Positions 13,937-24,148 of a DNA stretch of 64,000 bases are shown one piece after another; positions within the stretch are counted from its first letter, which is position 1, and each line of letters starts with the position of its first letter. A model generated the notes under the pieces. The model was not told the origin of the DNA, made no database searches, and saw only the letters and a program-made list of their open reading frames with translations. A program made the translations under genes and the position numbers. The stretch is from the NCBI GenBank assembly GCA_036785375.1, contig JAWMAR010000001.1, positions 9,114,001 to 9,178,000 of the forward strand, written 5' to 3'. Source of the stretch: Leucoraja ocellata. Taxonomy: Eukaryota.

Positions 13937-14609
13937 TAGAGGAATTTGTCCTCTCATAGAAATGTTCTGGTTATAACTCTGGAGATTAGATTTCACTTTG
14001 AATTCAGGCAGCTATTATATTATAAAAGTTTTAAAATAAGTGCCTTTTCCCTTTTGCTGTACAGAGGCCTTTACAAATTTTGCTAATAATAAGTTACTAA
14101 GGTTCATGCAACGATAAAAGATAAATTTCTCCATTCCCATGTGGATGGTCTATCTCTCTCTTATTAGAGTGCAGGCTAAACAGATCTTTTTTAGTCTGGA
14201 TAATGCCATCATTAAATGGTCAGAATGAATTTTTCACCAAGAATCCCGTAGTTAGATGTGACTGAAATGATATTTGTTATCCTTGGGTATGGTATTGTAC
14301 AAAAGCAAAACTAGTTTAATAGTCAAATGGGAATAGGCTGCACTTCAGCAGAGACACCTGAGAGATGTCCATGATGGTTATGATGTAACTAAATAAAAGC
14401 AAACATTAAAGATCTAGGTTTGTGACTTGAGGCAGAGGTAACTGCATTATCAGCTTTGAGAAAGTTGACTCTGCACTTCAGTGGGCTAATGTATTAGACA
14501 GTATTTGTATTTTAACCATAGAAATGTCAATTTCAAACAACTGGCGACTTGCTCCAAACCTACTTGTTAGGGGTGTATTTTTAATTTTACTGCTGATGTG
14601 TTTGGAGAC

Positions 14610-16205
14610 TATAGAAACATAGTTGCAGAAGTAGGCCATTCGGCCCTTCGAGCCAGCACCGCCATTCAATATGATCATGGCTGATCATCTAAAATCAGTA
14701 TCCCTTTCCTGCTTTTTCGCCATATCCCTTGATTCCTTTAGCCCTTAGAGCTAAATCTAACTCTCTTGAAAACATCCAGTGAATTGGCCTCCACTGCCTT
14801 CTGTAGCAGAGAATTCCACAGATTCACAACTCTCTGGGTGAAGTTTTTCCTCATCTCAGTCCTAAATTCTTAAGTCTTAAACTGTGACCACTGGTTCTGG
14901 ACTCCCCCAACATCGGGAACATTTTTCGTGCATCTAACCTGTCCAATCCTTTAAGAATTTAATGTTTCTGTAAGATTCCCTCTCATCCTTCTAAATTTCA
15001 GTGAATACAAGCCCAGTTGACCCATTCTTTCATCATATGTCAGTCCCGCCATCCCAGGAAATAACCTGGTGAACCTACGCTGCACTCCCTCAATAGCAAT
15101 AATGTCCTTCCTCCAATTAGGAGATCAAAATTGCACACAATGCTCCAAGTGTGGTCTCACCAGGGCCCTGTACAACTGCAGTAGGACCTCCTTGCTTCTA
15201 AACTCAAATTATCTCGCAATGAAGGCCAACATGCCATTAACTTTCTTCACTGCCTGACGTAACTGCGTGCTTACTTTCAGTGACTGATGTACAAGCACAC
15301 CCAGAGCTCGTTGCACCTCCCCTTTTCCTAATCTGACAACATTCAGATAATCTGCCTTCCTGTTCTTGCCACCGAAGTGGATAACCTCACATTTCTCCAC
15401 ATTATACTGCATCCACTCGCCCAAGCTATCCAAGTCACCCTGCAGCCTCATAGCATCCTCATCGCAGCTCGCACTGCCACCCAGCTTTGTGTCATCCACA
15501 AACTTGAGATGTCACATTTAATTCCCTTGTGTAAATCATTAATATCTATTGCAAATAACTGGGGTCCCAGCACTGAGCCTTGCGGCATCCCACTAGTCAC
15601 TGCCTGCCATTCTGAAAAGGACCCGTTAATTTTTACTCTTTGCTTCCTGTCTGCCAACCAGTTCTCTATCCATGTCAATACTCTAATACCCTACCCCCAA
15701 TACCATGTGCTCTAATTTTGCGCACTAATCTATTGTGCGAGGCTTTTTGAAAGTCCAGATACACCACATCCACTGGCTCGCCCTTATCCATTCTACTTGT
15801 TACATCCTCAGAAAATTCCAGAAGATTAGTTAAGCATGATATCTCCTCCATAAATTCATGCTGACTTTGACCGATCCTGTCACTGCTTTCCAAATGCATT
15901 GCTATAACATCTTTTAACAATCAACTCAAGCATCTTCCCCACTACCGATGCAAGGCTAACTGGTCTATAATTCCCTGTTTTCTCTCTCCTTTTTTAAAAA
16001 GTGGAGTTACATTGGCTACTCTCCAGTCCACAGGAACTGATCCAGAGTTGAGAGAACATTGGAAAACGATCACCAATGCATCCACCTCCTTGCATCCAGA
16101 CCATCATGCCCTGGAGATTTATCTGCCTTCAGTCCCAACAATTTACCTAACACCATTTCCTGACTAATGTGGATTCCCTTCAGTTCCTCTCTCCCACTAG
16201 ATCCT
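14610..16205 (-). mobile_element. CR1 LINE ORF2 fragment, multiply frameshifted
   Basis: ORFs 15209-15920 carry YLDFQKA, GMPQGSVLGP and DDTKL motifs. The ATAGAAAC tail is near 14611. Confidence 0.9.
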
Positions 16206-17212
16206 CTATTTTGTCAATGATACGAGCAAAATTAAAATCAGGAAAGGGGTGACATTCGCTATCTAAAATGTTAAATAATGGTCTGTTTGGAACTTGGAAG
16301 GGGAACTTTGGAGCTTTAATTGGCCAGCTAAAGTCTGGGGTTAGAATTTCCTGCTACTTTGCCATAATGAATATGCACTCCTGTGGGTTGCAGGCATGTG
16401 TAGATCACATCTCCCTTGGGCGTTCATTTATAAGATTTTAACATTGTGGATGGTCATATTGGTAACCTGTTATGTGCAACACACTGGTCAATTAGATTCT
16501 AGCTCAAAAACCTTATGCTCATTGTGCTATTTAATTTGAACTGAAATGTATTTACACTATTGCCTTAGTCGCCTTGCTGGTGATTATACTTTCTTGCTGC
16601 AGCTCCTGGGGTTATCCATATCTAGGTCTTCAATAGTTCAATGGTACTTCAGCATGGTCCCGTTAGCATTCAATCTGTTTGTGTAAAAGTTCCAACAAAT
16701 TAAAGGCTTTTACATTTTCCATGAAATTGTAAAATAATGTTGCAAAATAGTAGCAAGTTACTTGCCATTTAAAATTATACACCTCTCACATAAGTGAAAG
16801 AAATTGAGCAGATTTTCCTTCCCCCTTTTCCCTTTCTGGTGTGCACTCATTCTTTCCTTTTGCGATTTTTGCGCTTTCCTTTCCTCCTCGTCTTTTCTCT
16901 CCCTTTCGCTGTTTGTGTACCTCTTTGTCGTCTCTTAGCCCCTCTGTGCTCCAACACCACCTCTGCACTCTTGCGCCACCGCATCTTTTAGCTGCCCCGA
17001 CTCACCTGCACTCCTGGACTGCCAATTACACAGCCCATGTGCTTCCCTTACTTTTCCTTTTGAATTTTCTTAATTTCCTTTCTTTATCTTTTTGCTATCT
17101 TCCATCTATCCCTTTCACGAGACAATATAGTTATTGTAATGGAAAAGATCTAGGGATGGTGATGTTTATTGATCTCCCTCTTGTTGAGAAGTCATAAATA
17201 AATAATAGTTTA

Positions 17213-18255
17213 CAGTAAACCCTCATTTTAACAGACCTTTGTATCTGATTTTGGTTATAGCAGACTAAAACTGCTGTAGTCAGAGTTCGTTGTTTCATGA
17301 AATGATCACGAGATGGATGGATCGAATTATGTTTTTGAAACAATTTAGCTTAGTTTAGTTTGGAGACACAACATGGAAACACAGAGTCCGCGCTGACCAG
17401 CGATCACCAGTACTCTAGTTCTATCTAACACACTCGGGACAATTCAGTGTATGGGATAGAACTACTGCAGTGATTTTATCTTTCCTCCCATATTGCAAAG
17501 ACCGGAGGTTTGTGTCAATCTCCCTACCTGCAACCTCCGGCAACCACCTGCAACCTCCGGAAGCCGCACGGAAACCTTGGGTGGGGCACAAAGTCTCCAG
17601 AGGTTTTGTGTTCAGGTTTCCTAAGTGGGACAGGGGCATAAGACACTGGGACAACGTGGGTCTCAACTGGTCTCCATGAACTACGCAAGCCTCCGGCAAA
17701 GCCGACGCCCCACAGCGCCACAGACCCAGGCCTGATTCTTACCTCAGATGCCCCGTGTGACCTTTTGTACTCACCCCCCCAGCACACCAGCTCCACCCCA
17801 TTCACTACAGTGTATAGGATAGAGCCAGTGTACCGGAGCACCAGGAGGAAACCCAATGCGGCCACAGGGGGGGATCTGAGGCCAAGATTGAATCTGGGCC
17901 CTCGATGCCGCGAAGCAGCGGTTCCACCAGTAACCCGCGCGCCAGAGAATCCAACCAAATCACAAATCTGTACATCTCTGCAACGCAGGAGGAAACCCAC
18001 GCTGCCGCAGGGAGCGCCAGTGGTCAGGATCGAACTCTTTGTGGTCTTTAGTGCTGTAAAATAGCAACTCTACCATGTTGCCATTATGCCATCCAAAGGA
18101 ATTGTGTTTTTTGTGTCCTTTGCTGTTTATTGTGCAGTATATGTTTAATGACAATAGTACGGTGCACATTAGCCCCCTTGTTCAGTTATAACGGACAATC
18201 AGTAATAACAGACACCGTCTTCCCCCGCAAGGTCAATTATAGCGAGGGCTTACTG
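17213..18255. mobile_element. Tigger/pogo-like non-autonomous TIR element with nested SINE and MITE fragments
   Basis: TA|CAGTAAACCCTCATTTTAA ... TTATAGCGAGGGCTTACTG imperfect TIRs. It contains a SINE tail (about 17345-17450) and a one-ended copy of the Harbinger-like MITE (about 17502-17638). Confidence 0.6.
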
Positions 18256-19674
18256 CATTGTTATTTGTACAGTGAGGCAATGAAACATTATACAGTTACA
18301 GATCTTCATGAAAACGACAAGGCATCAATGAATTGCCTGCACAGCAATAAACCGAATAATAACCTGCTCATTAACAAACTTGCATGGAATTCTGTGGTTT
18401 AATCTCTTTCGCACAAGTTTAAACCTTGAAATAATGACGTATAAGAAAAACAAAGACATTTGCTAGAATTTCAGTTGTGACAAGTTGCTATAAGTCATTT
18501 AAGAATGTGAGACCTACAAATGTCATTGATGTGAGGTTCGTTTTTCATCTTTTCACTGGTGAAATTCATTATTTTACACTGCTGCAGTTTTGTTTGCAGC
18601 TGTATTATGATAGTTTGCTGTTTAATCCTGTATAATAGGCAGATAATATGCTCAACTGAACCGTTTTGCACTCTAAACATCTGGGTGACAGTCTGACAGA
18701 AACTGCTGTTTTGTGCGCATCACCCATGTTTGGTGCTGTAATATGGAGCTGATTGGCAGGGAACACTGTTTCAAAGTTGTGCTGCAAGGCTCAAGTGTGT
18801 TCCGAAGAAAATATTAGCTAGCTTGTTAACCAATAGTTTTAAAACACAAAGAGGGCATTTAAAATTAAGTTCTGGTAACTGCAGAATCATTATCTTTAGT
18901 ATTAATTATGAAGCAATTGAGAAAAATAGTGGCCTTTACCCATTTTATCAGCAAATGAAAGATTCAATGCCTTTTTTGGTTCTATCACATCATATAGCGG
19001 TATTGTAAACCTTTGCAATATTTTATAGTACAGCCACCTCACATTTTACATGCGTTTTAGTTGTACGTTTTTGTAATAATGTGCTTTTTAAATTTATGTG
19101 CTTGCATATGTGAAAAACACGCTCAAATTTATGTCTGGCAGTGTAGTTATGTGCGATGCCCGGCAGGGTACTGCATAGTACAACAGTGATGGTGTTCAGC
19201 GAGCTGCAGCTTATTGCTTTCTTAGTTTTCGTCCACACCATCTTTGCTTTGTGCTTTTCTGATTTCAAATGAAATGGGGGCCCCCCACACTCAGCAGCCT
19301 CCCTCCTCAACCCACCACCTACGCCATCTTTGGCAAGCAGAAGTTGCCTGCTGTTAATGTAAGTGCTAGCATTCGTATTCAAAAATAAATTTGAAATAAA
19401 CAATATTTATTTAAAATGTCTTTACTATTTTTTCTTTCTTGGCTATTTTTTCTTTATTAATGAGTAGGATAAAAGAATAATGGCAGTCATAAATTAACTA
19501 TTTATCGTGTGATGTAGACAATTATGACTTTTCCCCTAACCTGTGCCATTTACATACATTCTTATAGTAAAAATGTTTAAATATGTTTTTGAGATAAGCA
19601 CTGCATTTCAAGAATGTAACCCCCATGTAAAATGAGAGGTGGCTGGACCTCAGGAATTGCTGCAAAGTCTATTA

Positions 19675-21735
19675 CAGGTGCACAACCTTTTATCCGACGA
19701 TCCAAATAACGAAAACCTCCGAATAGCGACATTTTTTCGGTCCTTGAAGAAAGGTCCTTGAAAACGTTCACCGAGGGCGGCCCGCAGAGGTGACAGCGGA
19801 ACCTCCGGTCGGTCCTCGAAGAAAGGGGAACTAAATCCCCATTCATAAAAGAGAAGATGAGGGTATATTGCGCGGGAGGGTTAATAATTGACAATATGCT
19901 GCTACCTGCCAGCTGCGTTAAAAAGTTCCCACGGTAGACACGATACACAGTGTATCGTGAGTCTTGCGTAGTAACTTTTTAACTCAGCGTGCAGGCAGCA
20001 GTAGATTGTCGCTCCCTTCAGTTTCACCCCACCTACACCCCTCTGCTTCCCGGCCATGTGTGTGACCCCTTCCCTCCCCTCTCCAGCTCCCCGCTCATTG
20101 CACCGGCGCGGGGGCTTTGCACTGTCTTCACGTCGCGATGCTAGCAGCACAGTGCCAGTCACCGGAGACGTCAGGACCAACGGAACACCGACCCCCAGGC
20201 CCACTGCAAGCACGGAGATCCCAGATCAGCAACTCCAGCCCAGCCCAGTCCAACTCCAGAAGAACACGCTCCCCGTATGGGCAGAAGCTGATGGTGTGCA
20301 AGAATAACGTCTTGTTCTTGGGTCGCGCAGCTCGGGCTGTGGGCGAACTGCCACTTGTCGCCATAGTGGCCCATCGGGGAGCGGATTCCTCTGGAGTTGG
20401 AGGGGGGTATTGTGCTGTTTGATCGCCCCCTACTATTCCAGGGACAGGGAGACAGGACGTTCACCGAGGGCGGCCCGCAGAGGTGACAGCGGAACCTCCG
20501 GTCGGTCCTCGAAGAAAGGGGAACTAAATCCCCATCCATAAAAGAGGTGAGGGTATATTGCGCGGGAGGGTTAATAATTGACAATATGCTGCTGTCTGCC
20601 CGCTGACTTAAAAAGTTCCCACGGTAGACACGATACACAGTGAAGGCAGCAGCAGATTGTCGCTCCCTTCAGTTTCACCCCACCTACACCCCTCTGGTTC
20701 TCGGCCATGTGTGTGACCCCTTCCCTCCCCTCTCCAGCTCCCCGCTCATTGCACCGGCGCGGGGGCTTTGCACTGTCTTCAAGTCGGCGATGGCTGCAGG
20801 TCAGTGCCAGTCACCGGAGACGTCAGGACCAATTGGACGTCGACCACCCGGCCCACCGCAAGCACGGAGATCCCAGAGACCCACAGCCAACAGCAGCCCA
20901 GCCCAGCCCCGCTCCAACTACAGAGGAACCTGGGTTGCGGATGACGGGGCGCAGCTCGGGGCGTCGTAGGGGCCCATCAGGGAGCGCGTTCCTGTTGGTC
21001 CTGACGTCTCCGGCCACCTGCTATCCTCCGGGAACTGTACCGCCCTTGCAGGAGAGTGGGGTTGTTTGCAGTTGCAGAGGGAGGGGGCAAGGGCGGTACA
21101 GTTCCCAGTCTCAGCTCCAGTCCAGGGGGGTGGCCGGAGACGTCAGGACCAACGGGACAGCGACCCCCAGGCCCACTGCAAGCACGGAGATCCCAGAGAC
21201 CCACAGCCAGCAGCAACTCCAGCCCAGCCCCGCTCCAACTCCAGAGGAAAACGTAGGGGCAGAAGCTGATGGTGTGCAAGGTGTTCTTGGGGTGGCGCAG
21301 CTCGGGCTGTGGGCAAACTGCCACTTGTCGCCGTAGCGGCCCATCGGGGAGTGAATTCCTCATGAAGTTGGAGGGGGAGGGGGGTATTGTGCTGTTTGAT
21401 CGCCCCCCTGCTATCCCAGGGACAGGGAGACACAGCGGCTTTTTAGACTGGTGGGCAAAAGTTCTGCCCACACAGTCAGTACACCTCTCCTACACTGCAT
21501 TTCATACAAACATTTATTCTGCAAAAAAAAACCACATTGAAGACTCAAGCTCGCGACCGAGTAACTGCCGGGATCAAGGCGCAAACCCGCGACCTTGCGG
21601 ATATGAGCCGAACACTCTACCACTGAGCCAGCCATTAAAATCTACGCAAAAAAATTTCCATTCCGAAGACCGACAAATTCTGAATTACGAAAAGTGTCTG
21701 GTCCCAAGGCTTTCGGATAAAAGGTTGTGCGCCTG
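19675..21735. mobile_element. Non-autonomous Tc1/mariner-superfamily TIR element, GC-rich and internally duplicated
   Basis: 23-bp TIR CAGGTGCACAACCTTTTATCCGA with one mismatch, and TA on both sides. Internal direct duplication (about 19766-19950 vs 20459-20640, with further blocks). No transposase. Confidence 0.88.
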
Positions 21736-22938
21736 TACTTTGTAACTTTTGCCAATGTTCATCTTTATAACTTTGTCCTGGTTTGCAGTATGCCAGGAAG
21801 ACTTTGGCGACTATGGGGTCAGGATTAGGAATGCTTGAGTAAGCTGCTGAAACATTATTTCATAAATGAAAATTCTTAAAATGAAAGAGATGGGGATTAT
21901 TTACAGGAGACAGAATAGATTAAAAAGAATACATCTGAAAAATAATTTCATGTCATGTAACAGTGGAACATGGGAGCACAAATCAAAATGAACCAATGGA
22001 AGGTCTCTTGCCTTCCAGTGTGAGAAGTGATTGCTTATTACTGCATTGGCAAAGATCCATATTTAAATTCCTATGTTATTTCCTAAGTATATTAATATTA
22101 ATTTATGATTACCAGACCCTTTCTAATGCAGATGGCTATTCTTCATATACAAATAGGTGTATGCACAAGAATTTGATTGTTTATGAACGGGTGCATGAAG
22201 TGCTTTGGTTTAATGTACTTGCAAACATTTGCAAGCATATATAACATGCATAATGATTATTGGAAGGACCTGGAGCTCCGTTGTGTATGCTACGGTACGT
22301 GAATTAAAGAAACAATGTATTTAGCTCTTCTTTGTACGAGTGGTTTATAATATGGTTTATTGGATAACATTTCAGTGGTGCTTCAAGTTATTTTGCTTTT
22401 GTTTGCTCCATGGCCTTTGCTCCACTTATTTAATGTTCACTACTGTGGTTTTATCACCTCAGATTTGATAGTGTTTATACATTTTTTTGGAACAAAAGAA
22501 CATAATGGAATGCAAAAATGTACTCATTTATGACAGCATACTAAACAAAGCTGGTAAGATTGATCTGCCAGGGAAATGGAATGCTTTCCTTAGAGAGTGC
22601 AGTGTTGGGAATTCATTACCTCTCCATTGGTGATGCTTTGCGAACCTTGTGGCTGGGTGGTGCGTATGCATTTCTACAGTTGCGGGCAGCCACACCACAT
22701 CTTTGATTCAAGGTGACAGGATTGATAATTTAGGATTGATCCTTTCACGGAAAGTAAAATATTGGCAAATGCTTCCATTTGAGTTGTTTAGATTTAGTTC
22801 ATTGAATTTATTAACCTTTATGCTGACATTAACCACTGCTAAGATCTCCCTTAGATAAGCATGTTCACAACCATGCCCAAATTGTATTAATTCAACCCGT
22901 TGCGTGCCTTTTATGCTTATGTTGTCTTCATTTAACAG

Positions 22939-23019
22939 CTGTTTGTAAGTTCTAAACCAGCAGACAAGAGTGAGAAAGATCTTGCCAACAAATTACTGAC
23001 AGAAATGAATGTGAACCAG
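22939..23019 (+). CDS. NBEAL1: NBEAL1 81-nt symmetric exon, probably a cassette (LFVSSKPADKSEKDLANKLLTEMNVNQ)
   Basis: tttaacag| and cag|gtatta; 27 codons; phase 0/0; no stop. It resembles an insert I recall from a longer mammalian NBEAL1 isoform. Confidence 0.8.
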
Positions 23020-23724
23020 GTATTAACTGAATTTTTGTTTCAGCTGTAAATCACCAACATTGGGACAGCTATGCCAGTATTTACTTCAAAACAGCCAATC
23101 TAATGACCAATAATTAATCATGTACAATTAATCTCTGGAATGATTTTATTAATCAGAAGAACCAACGAATAGATGTCTGTGAATAGCATAAATTTGGTAC
23201 TGTGACATTGTATCGTTCTTTCCCTGAGCGTGCAAGTGGTTTTTACTGCCTTGAGAAGAATAGCTTAGTATGAGGAAAATTTGAATAATTTGTTCCTTTA
23301 AAGCAAATCTCTTGTTTTTGGAGATTTTTTTTGCTTAACAACTCTTCATGTGGTTTTGTAAAGTAGCTTGAACGGTGTAGACTTTTGTTGTGGTCAACTT
23401 GCGTCTTGATTAAGAGCTCAGGGATAGCTGGAGAATTAAAAACGGCACAATACCAATGTGGATCCAATCCATGCTCCAAAATTGACTCAATATCCTCCGC
23501 GCCACTAGTGGCGGGCAATAAATATGGTCCATGCCAAGTTCATATCTTTTACGTTTTACTTAACTGCAATAATTTTGAGCTAGAGACATTCTACCCGTTG
23601 AAACTTTGACTCATGTTTATCTCTCTCCTCTTTCACTTCAATACTCCTTACTGGAAACGTAATCAGTTATTTGTTAGACGACAAAAAATATCTACAGGTA
23701 GTCAGCAAAATAATGGTAACAGGA

Positions 23725-23960
23725 TGTGTAGGAAAGAACTGCAGATGCTGGTTTAAATCAAAGGTAGACACAAAATGCTGAAGTAACTCAGCAGGACTGG
23801 CAGCATCTCTGGAAAGAAGGAATGGGTGAAGTTTCGGGTCGAGACCCTTCTTCAGACTGATGTCAGGGGAGTGGGCGGGACAGAGATATAATGTAATCTG
23901 AGACAGTAAGACTGGTGGGATAACGTAAAGGGGAGGGGATGGAGAGAGAGGGAAAGCAAT
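23725..23960 (-). mobile_element. Short non-coding PLE-related repeat with a hammerhead-like core
   Basis: The minus strand has CTGAAGA-AGGGTCTCGACCC-GAAAC at 23831-23855. It shares the GAACTGCAGATGCTGG...AACTCAGC end with 9940-10070 and 56350-56480. Confidence 0.75.
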
Positions 23961-24008
23961 GGTAACAGGAAATGCATAGTGTGCATTTAGTCGAGCCACC
24001 GTCTCTGT

Positions 24009-24148
24009 GCCAGAGACCCAGGCTCAATTTTGTCCAAGGGTGCTATCTGTGTGGAGTTTGCACATTCTCCCTGTGTCTGTGTGGTTTGCTTCCAGGTATG
24101 CTGGTTTCCTCCCACATCCCAAAGACATGCAGTTTGACAGGTTAATTG
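24009..24148 (+). mobile_element. V-domain SINE fragment
   Basis: TTCTCCCTGTGTCTGTGTGG...GGTTTCCTCCCACATCCCAAAGAC core, shared with the SINE at 51616-51930. Confidence 0.7.

Noticed and set aside
21571-21634. Functional tRNA-Met gene
   Set aside because: It has no acceptor stem and a degenerate T-arm/B box; kept only as a tRNA-like relic.
19902-21745. Many overlapping 100-200 aa ORFs, also at 49912-50611
   Set aside because: GC-rich repetitive DNA has few stop codons; there are no transposase or other recognisable motifs.
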